Origin: Candidatus Latescibacterota bacterium
GTDB taxonomy: Bacteria > Latescibacterota > UBA2968 > UBA8231
NCBI GenBank assembly: GCA_965248265.1
Contig: CBDFJF010000002.1
Coordinates: 3,840,001 to 3,904,000 of the forward strand
Reading direction: 5' to 3'
DNA: 64,000 nucleotides
Shown one piece after another: positions 42,544-51,547 of the stretch. The translations under genes and the position numbers were made by a program. Below the pieces are notes generated by a model. It was not told the DNA's origin, ran no database searches, and saw only the letters and a list, made by a program, of their open reading frames with translations. Positions within the stretch are counted from its first letter, which is position 1. Each line of letters begins with the position of its first letter.

Positions 42544-42672
42544 CTTCCGATTCAGTAACAAGGAAGGCACTGACCCCTCACAATCGGGCTCACTGAGGTG
42601 ATCTGACGTAAGCAATGGTTTTTTTATATGTTATGGCCAATTCTACCACGCTGGCCCGACACGCGACTCGGC

Positions 42673-43176
42673 ATGGAAACAAACCCCTTATTGCCGGACC
42701 TCCAGCAGCTGCACGAGGGAATCGACACCAGGAATGCTCGCTTGTCGTCCCTTCACGCACAACGGCTCCAATGTCGTCTCGGCTGCACCATGTGCTGCGT
42801 CGATGACATCACAGTATTCGAGATAGAGGCAGAGAACATCCGTCGGCACCATCAAGAACTGCTCGAAACGGCACAGCCCCACCCACCTGGAGCCTGCGCC
42901 TTTCTCGACGACGGAGCCTGTCGCATATACGAACACCGCCCATACGTGTGCCGCACTCAGGGTTTGCCACTGCGCTGGTTTGAGACCTCTGCCGCTGGCT
43001 CCACGGTCGAGATGCGGGACATCTGCCCGCTGAATGAGTCCGGCGAGCCTCTGGAGAGTCTAAACGCAGATCACTGCTGGACCATAGGTCCAACCGAATC
43101 CTCGCTGGCGCAAATTCAGGCTGCCCAGGACGGCGAGCCGCTGCGGCGGGTGCCCTTGCGAGACCTGTTTCGTTGA
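42673..43176 (+). CDS. YkgJ-family Cys-cluster (Zn/Fe-chelating) protein
   Basis: CRLGCTMCC, CAFL..C.IYEHRP..CR. Confidence 0.85.
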   Translation: METNPLLPDLQQLHEGIDTRNARLSSLHAQRLQCRLGCTMCCVDDITVFEIEAENIRRHHQELLETAQPHPPGACAFLDDGACRIYEHRPYVCRTQGLPLRWFETSAAGSTVEMRDICPLNESGEPLESLNADHCWTIGPTESSLAQIQAAQDGEPLRRVPLRDLFR

Positions 43177-43240
43177 GCCCAATTTACCAGCCAATCCCTC
43201 CGTGTTCGCATCGTGCATGTAGCTGCAAAAAAGAGAGGCT

Positions 43241-43804
43241 ATGATCGTGACCATTCCTGAACTCTGGCTCTGTATCGTGCTGGCCGCAGTGATCGTCTGG
43301 ATCGCCAGCGCCCTGATATGGATGGTGCTTCCCCACCACAAGTCCGACTTCAAGGGCATGCCGGACGAAGAAGCCGCACGCGCAGCGCTGGCACCGCAGT
43401 CCCTGCAACCGGGCCAGTACAACATCCCCCACCTGCCCTCGTGGGACGCCATGAAGGAGCCCGAGCATCGCCGCAAGTTCGATGAGGGCCCCGTGGGATT
43501 CCTGACCGTGTTGCCAAACCGCCCGCCTCCGATGGGCAAGGCGATGTTTCTGTCGTTCGTGTTCTTCGTCGTCGTCAGTATCATGGTCGCCTACGTCACC
43601 GGCAGGACGCTGTCTTCTGAAGCCGAGTACATGACGGTCTTCAGGGTCGCGGGGACGGTCTCATTCCTGGCGTATGGATTCGGCAGCATACCGAGTTCAA
43701 TCTGGTTTGGCAGACCCTGGTCGGCCGTGATCAAGGATCTGTTCGACTCACTGGTCTACGGCCTGCTCACAGCAGGAGCCTTTGCCGGCTTTTGGCCTGA
43801 ATGA
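43241..43804 (+). CDS. Hypothetical membrane protein
   Basis: Multiple TM segments; PHHK.D and PGQY motifs. Confidence 0.7.
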   Translation: MIVTIPELWLCIVLAAVIVWIASALIWMVLPHHKSDFKGMPDEEAARAALAPQSLQPGQYNIPHLPSWDAMKEPEHRRKFDEGPVGFLTVLPNRPPPMGKAMFLSFVFFVVVSIMVAYVTGRTLSSEAEYMTVFRVAGTVSFLAYGFGSIPSSIWFGRPWSAVIKDLFDSLVYGLLTAGAFAGFWPE

Positions 43805-44499
43805 ACATCTTCCTGCTCACAGGCCAATCCAATATGGCCGGTCGGGGTCCCCTCGACACTGTGGAGCCGTTGCGCAATCCGAATATCCTGGTACTGCGTG
43901 AAGAGGGCTGGACGGAAGCCAGCGAACCTCTTCACAGCGACAAACCTACCGCTGGGATCGGCCTCGCCATGAGTTTCGCGCAGCGCCTGCTGGAGCGTTC
44001 ACCGCAGGCGACCATCGGACTCGTCCCCTGCGCCGAAGGCGGCTCGCCCCTCAGTAGATGGATGCCGGGTCAGGATCTGAGTGACCAAGCGCTGGCACTC
44101 GGCCGCCAGGCGATGGAAGACGGTGAGTTGCGGGGAATCCTGTGGCACCAGGGTGAATCAGACTCGGGAACCAAGAGTGATGCCAGCTCCTATGCGTCCC
44201 GGCTGACGAAAGTGATTGCCCATCTTCGCGAGCAGTTGACCGCCACTGACGTGCCGTTCATAGCTGGAGAGATTGGACTGTTTCTGCGCGAAGTTGAGAG
44301 CAAGACGTATTTCGCCGTGGTGAATGATGCCCTGCGAACGGTAACCGAGAGCTTGTATGCCTGTGCCAGTGCCCGCGACCTGGCTGACACGGGCGATCAC
44401 GTTCATTTCGATTCTCCGTCCCTACGTGAGTTCGGCTGTCGCTACGCCGAGGAGTACCTCCGGTTGATTCAAGAACACCACCTGCCACCACTGAGTTGA
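43801..44499 (+). CDS. Sialate O-acetylesterase / CE6-type SGNH esterase
   Basis: GQSNMAG, WHQGESD, D.VHF. Confidence 0.88.
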   Translation: MNIFLLTGQSNMAGRGPLDTVEPLRNPNILVLREEGWTEASEPLHSDKPTAGIGLAMSFAQRLLERSPQATIGLVPCAEGGSPLSRWMPGQDLSDQALALGRQAMEDGELRGILWHQGESDSGTKSDASSYASRLTKVIAHLREQLTATDVPFIAGEIGLFLREVESKTYFAVVNDALRTVTESLYACASARDLADTGDHVHFDSPSLREFGCRYAEEYLRLIQEHHLPPLS

Positions 44500-44517
44500 T
44501 ATTGAGGGAGCGAACGC

Positions 44518-44901
44518 ATGCCCGTTGTTACGTCGTTGAGGGCCAGTAACCCTCCGCTTTGGTCGGAGGTGACGGCCGCGGGCATCTTCCGCGTTAGCGC
44601 CGACGACAACGCCACCTTCGATTGCCATTTCCACGATTGCCACGAGTACTGGCTCGTGTACAAGGGGCGCGCCAAAATCGTCACCGAGGGCGTCGAACAC
44701 TACGTGAAGCCAGGTGATATCGTCTGTACCAAGGCTGGCGATGAGCACGACATGCTCGAGGTCTACGATGATTTCGAGGCGTTCTATTTCGAGGATAGCA
44801 CGCCTCCCGGAGGGCGCACCGGTCATCTGCACAAGAATGCCAGCAAGGCGGAAAAGCATCTCGTACCGACACGACCCCTACCACCCGACTTCCCTGTTTA
44901 G
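44518..44901 (+). CDS. Cupin-domain protein
   Basis: HFHDCHEYW..G..PGD..G.EH. Confidence 0.82.
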   Translation: MPVVTSLRASNPPLWSEVTAAGIFRVSADDNATFDCHFHDCHEYWLVYKGRAKIVTEGVEHYVKPGDIVCTKAGDEHDMLEVYDDFEAFYFEDSTPPGGRTGHLHKNASKAEKHLVPTRPLPPDFPV

Positions 44902-44949
44902 ATTGTCAATGGAGGAATTGTTGCGACGACTCAACTCAGTACCGGAGGC

Positions 44950-47685
44950 GTGACCATGTCACGGAATTCCCAGTCGATGGGAGAGCCCGTACCCGACAGA
45001 GGCCAGCAAGGAGAGGAAGACGCCGAAGCCCGGGAGTGGATCGAATCCCTTGACTATGTGCTGGAGCAGTCGGACCCTGAGCGTGTCATCCAGCTGCTCG
45101 ACCTGCTGCAGACGCACGCTCGACAACGGGGGGTCCCCATTCCAAGCGCCACCAGCACCCCTTACGTGAACACGATTCCCGCAACGCACCAACCTCCGTA
45201 CCCTGGAAGCCACGACCTCGAACGACGCATTCGCAATATCATTCGCTGGAACGCCATGATCATGGTCGTGCGCGCCAACCGCGAAGACCCTACCATGGGC
45301 GGCCACATCGCCACCTACGCCTCGCTGGCGACGCTCTACGAAGTCGCCTTCAACCACTTTTTCCGGGGCGGTGATCCGTCAACCGACAGTGACTCATCAA
45401 CCGACCGCGATACGTCATCCGACGGGGACCTGGTTTACTTCCAAGCCCACACTTCCCCCGGCATTTACGCCAGAGCCTATCTCGAAGGACGGTTGAGTCA
45501 GGAACAGCTGGAGAATTTCCGTCATGAGCTGAGACCGGGTGGCGGATTGTCTTCCTACCCACACCCGTACCTGATGCCGGACTTCTGGCAGTTTCCGACC
45601 GCGTCGATGGGGCTTTGTCCGATCACGGCCATCTACCAGGCACGCTACAATCGATACCTGGAGGATCGTGGCCTGAAGGAACCATCAGACGCCAGGGTCT
45701 GGGCCTTTATCGGGGACGGTGAGACCGATGAACCCGAATCCCTCGGTGCCATCTCCCTGGCTGCCCGCGAACAACTGGACAACCTCGTTTTTGTCGTCAA
45801 CTGCAACCTGCAACGCCTGGATGGACCGGTCCGCGGCAACGGCAAGATCATTCAGGAATTGGAGACCTTTTTTCGCGGCGCCGGCTGGAATGTCATCAAG
45901 GTTATCTGGGGCAGCGACTGGGATCCCCTTCTGGCCATGGACAACGACGGATTGCTGAGCAGGCGCATGGGTGAACTCGTCGACGGCCAGTACCAGAAAT
46001 ACAGCGTCTCTGACGGCGACTACCAGCGCAACCATTTCTTCGGTGTTGACGAGCGCCTGATGGAACTCTCGCGACAACTCACGGACGAGCACATCCGCAC
46101 CATCAGGCGTGGCGGTCACGATGCCGACAAGGTCTACGCCGCCTACCAGGCTGCGGTCGAACACAAGGGCTCACCATCGGTAATTCTCGCTAAGACTATC
46201 AAGGGGTATGGCATGGGCTCGGTGGGCGAGGGTCGCATGACCGTCCATCAGCGCAAGGCGTTGGACACGGAGGCGTTGAGTGAGATCCGCACCCGCTTCG
46301 GCATCCCGATCTCGGACGACGAGGTCGAGCAACTCTCCTTCTACCGTCCACCCGATGACAGCCCGGAAATCGAATACCTGATGGAAAGGAGGCGCGCACT
46401 GGGCGGGTTCGTTCCGCAACGAAAGATCCCCAGCGCCCAAGCGCCTCAGCCACAGAGCGATCTCTTCGACGAATTCACCGCGGGCACGGGCGATCGCGAA
46501 AGTTCCTCGACCATGTCCTTCGTGCGAATACTGGCCAAGCTGCTACGCGATCCTGAAATGGGTAAATACATTGTCCCAATCGTCCCGGACGAAGCTCGCA
46601 CCTTCGGCATGGAGGGCCTGTTCAGGCAATACGGCATTTATTCTCATATCGGGCAGCTTTACGATCCGGTTGACAGCGAAAACCTCACGTATTACCGCGA
46701 GGCTCAAGATGGGCAACTCATCGAAGAGGGTATCAGCGAAGCCGGAGCCCTGTCTTCCTTCATCGCGGCTGGGACCGCGTATGCCAGTCACGGGGTGCCG
46801 ACCCTGCCGTTTTTCGTGTTTTACTCCATCTTCGGCTTCCAACGGGTCGGCGATTTGATTTATGCCGCCGGAGACCAACGCGCCCGTGGCTTCCTCATCG
46901 GTGCCACGTCGGGACGCACGACTCTCAACGGCGAAGGACTGCAGCACCAGGATGGCCACAGCCACTTGCTCGCCTATACCCACCCGCACGTCGTCGCCTA
47001 TGACCCCGCATTTTCCCACGAACTCGCCGTCATCATCCGCGAGGGCATCCGTAGAATGTACCAGCAACAGGACGACGTGATCTACTATTTGACCGTCCAG
47101 AATGAGAGCTATCCGATGCCGGACATGCCGGCTGGCGCCGAAGAGGGGATCCTCAAGGGGCTTTACCTGCTACGTGAACCCATTCGCCCGGCCGCCAAGA
47201 GATCCGCACAAGCGCATCTGTTCGCCAGCGGCAGCATCATCCGCGAAGCCTGCCGCGCCCAGGAGATCCTCGAAGACTACGGGGTGGCGGCTAGCGTCTG
47301 GAGCATCACCAGCTTCCAGCAGCTGCACCAGGACAGCGTCGACGTCAACCGTGTCGGCACCCTCAATCCCCTGGAAAAGCCCGGACAAGGATGGATACAG
47401 CAGTGCCTCGATGGCACGACCGGGGCCTACGTCGTCGCCTCCGACTACGTGAAAGCCCTGCCGCACACGATCTCGCATTGCTTCCCCCGCCAACCCGTAG
47501 TCCTCGGAACGGACGGGTTCGGACGCAGCGACAGCCGTGCCGCCCTTCGACGGTACTTCGAGATCGACGCCGCCGCCATCGCCTGGGCCGCCCTTGGTGA
47601 CCTGGCTCGCCAGGGCCTCGTCGATGGCAAGCTGTTGAACAAGGCGAGTGCAGCACTTGGAGTTGAAGCGGGAACACCAAGCTGA
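44950..47685 (+). CDS. aceE: Pyruvate dehydrogenase E1 (homodimeric)
   Basis: GGHIA, SSYPHP, GDGE.DEPES, NLQRLDGPV, GEGLQHQDG, GTDGFGRSD. Confidence 0.93.
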   Translation: MTMSRNSQSMGEPVPDRGQQGEEDAEAREWIESLDYVLEQSDPERVIQLLDLLQTHARQRGVPIPSATSTPYVNTIPATHQPPYPGSHDLERRIRNIIRWNAMIMVVRANREDPTMGGHIATYASLATLYEVAFNHFFRGGDPSTDSDSSTDRDTSSDGDLVYFQAHTSPGIYARAYLEGRLSQEQLENFRHELRPGGGLSSYPHPYLMPDFWQFPTASMGLCPITAIYQARYNRYLEDRGLKEPSDARVWAFIGDGETDEPESLGAISLAAREQLDNLVFVVNCNLQRLDGPVRGNGKIIQELETFFRGAGWNVIKVIWGSDWDPLLAMDNDGLLSRRMGELVDGQYQKYSVSDGDYQRNHFFGVDERLMELSRQLTDEHIRTIRRGGHDADKVYAAYQAAVEHKGSPSVILAKTIKGYGMGSVGEGRMTVHQRKALDTEALSEIRTRFGIPISDDEVEQLSFYRPPDDSPEIEYLMERRRALGGFVPQRKIPSAQAPQPQSDLFDEFTAGTGDRESSSTMSFVRILAKLLRDPEMGKYIVPIVPDEARTFGMEGLFRQYGIYSHIGQLYDPVDSENLTYYREAQDGQLIEEGISEAGALSSFIAAGTAYASHGVPTLPFFVFYSIFGFQRVGDLIYAAGDQRARGFLIGATSGRTTLNGEGLQHQDGHSHLLAYTHPHVVAYDPAFSHELAVIIREGIRRMYQQQDDVIYYLTVQNESYPMPDMPAGAEEGILKGLYLLREPIRPAAKRSAQAHLFASGSIIREACRAQEILEDYGVAASVWSITSFQQLHQDSVDVNRVGTLNPLEKPGQGWIQQCLDGTTGAYVVASDYVKALPHTISHCFPRQPVVLGTDGFGRSDSRAALRRYFEIDAAAIAWAALGDLARQGLVDGKLLNKASAALGVEAGTPS

Positions 47686-47776
47686 TCATCGCCCGAGGCA
47701 GCCTTGTCGGAATCGCCTCGCATCCTCACCTTTTGAGGCTTCCCGATTGTGTGAGAATTCTCTGACCGAGATACCT

Positions 47777-48817
47777 ATGGTAGACGGTGTGGTAGAAGGC
47801 GTGGCAGACGGCGACCCTACGAAAAAAGAGATCAAAGAGCCTCCGATGCTGTTCGACCGCACTCAGGAGCTCCTGTCTCATGTAGAAACCGTCATGGGCT
47901 GCAAGACCTTCACGTACTGGACGTCGGATCGCGGTATGGTTTGTGACAACGACGTGGTCGCCCTCTACGAGCTCTTCAAGAAGATCGGCCCCGCGGAAGA
48001 AATAGCCGTCTTCATCAAATCTCCGGGAGGCAGCGTCGAGGCGGCGCTGCGAATCGTCAACCTTATGCGTGAGTATTACACCAGAGTGACGGCACTGGTA
48101 CCGCTGCAATGCGCTTCAGCGGCCACGATGATCGCTCTTGGTGCGAATGAGATTCGGATGGGTCCCCTTGCCCATCTCACTGCCATCGACTCTTCCCTTA
48201 CCCACGATTTGTCCCCGCTCGATGACCGCGAAAATCGACGCGTCAGTGTCAGCCAGGACGAGCTCGCCCGCATCGTCAGCCTGTGGGACAAGAGTTCTCG
48301 GGAACACCACGGAAATCCCTATACCGACATCTTCAAGTACATCCATCCTCTCGTGGTCGGTGCCCTCGATCGCGCCAGTTCGCTCTCGATTCAGATCTGC
48401 AAGGAAATCCTCTCGTATCATGTAAGCAGTGAGGCCGAAGCAGAGCGCATCAGCACACACCTGAATTCGAATTACCCCTCACACACCTACCCGATCACCC
48501 TGCAGGAAGCCGGCCGCATCGGCCTCAACATCAAGGAACTGGACGGGGCGATGAACGACAGCCTCATCGACCTCAACGTATTGTATTCCGAGATGGCCCA
48601 GAAGGCGCTGACCGATTTCGATGAGTTCGCCTATCACGACAACGAAATCCTGAACATCCTCGAAGCCAACGGCTCACAGATCTACTACCAGAATGACCAG
48701 GATTGGAACTACATCAAGGAGGAACGTCGCTGGCACACCCTCAATGATGAGAGCTCATGGCGACGAATCGATCTGGAAAACGGGGAAAAGGTTCACGGGA
48801 TGTTCCACATTCGCTGA
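47777..48817 (+). CDS. ClpP/crotonase-fold serine protease (SDH_sah-like)
   Basis: KSPGG, ASAATMIALGANEI.MGP, H.YPI. Start could also be 47846. Confidence 0.75.
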   Translation: MVDGVVEGVADGDPTKKEIKEPPMLFDRTQELLSHVETVMGCKTFTYWTSDRGMVCDNDVVALYELFKKIGPAEEIAVFIKSPGGSVEAALRIVNLMREYYTRVTALVPLQCASAATMIALGANEIRMGPLAHLTAIDSSLTHDLSPLDDRENRRVSVSQDELARIVSLWDKSSREHHGNPYTDIFKYIHPLVVGALDRASSLSIQICKEILSYHVSSEAEAERISTHLNSNYPSHTYPITLQEAGRIGLNIKELDGAMNDSLIDLNVLYSEMAQKALTDFDEFAYHDNEILNILEANGSQIYYQNDQDWNYIKEERRWHTLNDESSWRRIDLENGEKVHGMFHIR

Positions 48818-48887
48818 AGCCATCGCGGAGTGCGGAATTCTGTCCATCTAAGTATCCGCTAACAGAACGCGGACGAACCAGGATGAA

Positions 48888-48921
48888 CGGACGTGACCCA
48901 GCTAAGCCTGGGTCACGTCCG
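48888..48921. repeat. Perfect 14-bp inverted repeat (possible terminator or REP-like hairpin)
   Basis: CGGACGTGACCCAG-CTAAGC-CTGGGTCACGTCCG; no U-tract. Confidence 0.7.
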
Positions 48922-49137
48922 ACCTGAACGTTCTCCTCTAATCTTCCCAGCGTCCGCGACGGAGTATCGGTTCGACGTGGGCGCACAATCAGATCGCCTC
49001 GAAGGGCACCAAGTCCAGTATGCCTGAGTGGAATCCATCGAGTGTTGTGAAATGGCGATCGTCCTGACCCTCGTTCCCTGAATCTGATTACCGGGCACTC
49101 GGCTGAAACTCGTGCGATTGGATTCCTTCCCGCGATT

Positions 49138-49340
49138 CCCGGGACTCCCTGAGGGGGGTCAGACCCCGGATCCGGTTTTCGGAGAGCTTGGACTACCGAT
49201 AAGATGTATTGCCGGTAGTATCGGACCGGTCTTCGCGGGTGACGGCGTGAGCGGGGACGGCCTCCCGCATCATCCCCGGGACTCCCTGAGGGGGTTTACA
49301 CCCCGGATCCGATTTTCGGAGAGCTTGGACTACCGATAAG
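49138..49340. repeat. Two 66-bp direct repeats (49138-49203 and 49275-49340) with internal hairpins
   Basis: CCCGGGACTCCCTGAGGGGG..ACCCCGGATCCG.TTTTCGGAGAGCTTGGACTACCGATAAG occurs twice with a 137-bp period. Confidence 0.9.
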
Positions 49341-49478
49341 GCGTTACTCGTTAGTCTGCACGTGAAACTCGATGAGGTTTTCCTCGGTGAGGGGCTAAGG
49401 GTAGACGCAGTGACAGAAGGCCGGCCTTCCGGTGTTGTACAGTAGATAGTGACCATACTGACATCCGGAGGAACACTC

Positions 49479-50183
49479 ATGTCTCCCTCAGCATTCCCAA
49501 TCCATACCCGCCGCTGTCTGCGGCCGTTTGCACTGTCCGTGATCTGCTCCCTCGGACTCTTGACCGCCTGTGGCGACGGGGCCGACTCGAGTACCGGGCC
49601 CGGTGATGATGATTCCGGAGAAATCACGACGCTGCAATCCTCGAAGGCGAGGGCGAGCGCTGCCGGGATCGATGCGGCCGACCTCCATGCACTGGTCGCA
49701 AGCAACACGGAGTTCGCTTTCGGTCTGTACGAATTACTGCGCGCCGAATCAGACGGCAACCTGTTCTATTCTCCATACAGCATCTCCCTGGCGCTGGCAA
49801 TGACCTGGGCCGGCGCGCGGGGCGAGACCGACGCACAGATGGCAGACGTCCTTCGGTTCAGTCTGCCCTCGGAGCGCCTGCATCCGGCCTTCAACGCCCT
49901 CGAACAAGAGCTGGCGAGTCGCGGCCAGAGCGTGCCCACCGATGAAGACGGGACCGGGTTCCAGCTCAGTATCGCTAACTCGATCTGGGGTCAGCGCGAC
50001 TTCGACTTCGAGGACGGCTTTCTGGATCTGCTGGCGGAGCAGTACGGCGCCGGTATGCGTCTCGTCGATTTCATCGGCTCTCCCGATCCATCGCGGCTGC
50101 TGATCAACGACTGGGTCGAACAGCAGACGGAAGACCGTATCAAGGATCTGTTGCCCGAAGGATCGGTGAATGTGTTGACGAGG
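49479..50183 (+). pseudogene. Serpin-family lipoprotein, 3'-truncated
   Basis: LTAC lipobox, NLFYSPYSISLALAM..GA.GET, IANSIW, INDWV..QT..RIKDLL. Similarity stops at VLTR; no reactive-centre loop. Confidence 0.85.
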
Positions 50184-50517
50184 GGACCGCTGCAAGCATA
50201 TTATATGGGATGTTGCTTCCCGCATCTTGTCTTTGGGTGTTGATGCTGTACTGGATTTCGGGTTCTGGAGGAGGGCAGAGCGCGACAAATATCGAGGTCT
50301 TGTCCGGGAATGCGGCGCAAACTTCCAGCTCCACTACCTCGACTGCGAGCACTCTGAACTGAAGAATCGGCTCAAAGAACGAAACAGGGCGTTGCCCAAC
50401 GGCACATACGAAATAACAGAAGAGATGTTCGAAGAATTTATTCCCAGATTCGAGCCCCCTGAGTCAGAGGAGCTCATAACAAACGCATGCACCGGACGCG
50501 CTGGGGCGCGCCGGTGA
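50182..50517 (+). pseudogene. 5'-truncated AAA_33-type (predicted kinase) cassette gene
   Basis: RCKHIIWDVASRILSLGVDAVLDFGFWRRAERD..RLKERN..FEPP; no P-loop; ends inside an attC. Confidence 0.75.
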
Positions 50518-50532
50518 TGGCTGCCGTTAACA
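50474..50532 (+). other. attC site (short type, 59 bp)
   Basis: TCATAAC-AAACG-CATGCACCGG..CCGGTGATG-GCTGCC-GTTAACA with an extrahelical base in the L box. Confidence 0.8.
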
Positions 50533-50543
50533 CGAAATAGAGA

Positions 50544-51311
50544 ATGACAAACGACTACCATAGAGCGAACAGGAATAGATGGGAGGCTAGTGCCGAGAAT
50601 TGGGCGAAGGGTGCTGATTCTCGCGGAATTTGGCGCCGATGTCCCACCGACCCCGCCCTTGTCCTGTCGCCAGTGGAGTTGGAATACCTCTCAGACGTGA
50701 AAGGAAAGCGCGTCTGCGTACTCGGTAGCGGCGACAACCAAGTCGTTTTCGCCCTGGCAGGGCTTGGCGCGAGCGTCACCTCGGTGGATATCGCTCAGGG
50801 GCAACTCGACGTTGGGTCGCGGCGGGCACAGGAATTAGGACTATCTGTGTCCTTTGTCCGTGCGGACGTGACAGATCTTGCAGAATTTGCAGATGGCCAC
50901 TTCGACATTGTTTACACGGGTGGACATGTCGCAGTGTGGGTGTCAAACCTGAAGCACTTCTACTCAGAGGCAGCTCGAGTTCTTCGTGTAGATGGATACC
51001 TGATCGTCGCCGAATACCATCCTTTCCGGCGAATATGGAAAGACTCATCGGAGCGATTGGAAGTCGGCGTGTCCTACTATGAACGCGGTCCATTCACGTT
51101 CGACTCGAACGACCATATCCTCAGGTCAGAGCCAGGTGACCTGAGATCCTATGAGTTCCATTGGAGAGTTTCCGACTACGTCAATGCGATCTGCCAAGCC
51201 GGTTGCCAAGTGTTGACGACGGACGAGTTCGGCGAGGACGTGGCAGATTGGGAAGGTGCCCCAATGCAAGGCCTGCCCGAGTTTCTTTTGATTGTCTCTC
51301 AAAAGAGATAG
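50544..51311 (+). CDS. Class I SAM-dependent methyltransferase (cassette)
   Basis: VCVLGSGD, GASVTSVDI, ADV, FDIVY, ARVL..G, HPF. Confidence 0.88.
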   Translation: MTNDYHRANRNRWEASAENWAKGADSRGIWRRCPTDPALVLSPVELEYLSDVKGKRVCVLGSGDNQVVFALAGLGASVTSVDIAQGQLDVGSRRAQELGLSVSFVRADVTDLAEFADGHFDIVYTGGHVAVWVSNLKHFYSEAARVLRVDGYLIVAEYHPFRRIWKDSSERLEVGVSYYERGPFTFDSNDHILRSEPGDLRSYEFHWRVSDYVNAICQAGCQVLTTDEFGEDVADWEGAPMQGLPEFLLIVSQKR

Positions 51312-51410
51312 CGACAACAAGGTGACATCGGTCAGTCTCGACGGATCGAGGGAATCGGACTCATCGCCGCTCCTCAGGCCTCATTCGAGAAGTGGCAAGA
51401 CGATAGAGAC

Positions 51411-51531
51411 GTATAACACATGATCGAGCGGACCGAACGATGGTGATGTCGTGGCGAATGCGGCGTTGGGATACCAACATGGCCGTCCAAATGCCATTGC
51501 ATGGTCCGAGCCGCTCATCATTCTGTTGTCC
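51411..51531 (+). other. attC site (121 bp)
   Basis: GTATAAC-AC-ATGATCGAGCGGACC...GGTCCGAGCCGCTCATCAT-TCT-GTTGTCC. Confidence 0.75.
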
Positions 51532-51547
51532 CAAGACGAATGCCCGT

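Noticed and set aside
49138-49340. Tandem glycine riboswitch or hammerhead ribozyme
   Set aside because: GGAGAG is present but the CCGAAG..CUCUCAGG order is not. No CUGANGA/GAAA core in the correct arrangement.
47777-50183. Protease-serpin cognate pair
   Set aside because: The genes are about 660 bp apart, the serpin lacks its reactive loop, and ClpP-fold proteases are not established serpin targets.
47648-50243. Integron integrase or attI upstream of the array
   Set aside because: No ORF with tyrosine-recombinase R..HxxR..Y motifs, and no convincing attI.
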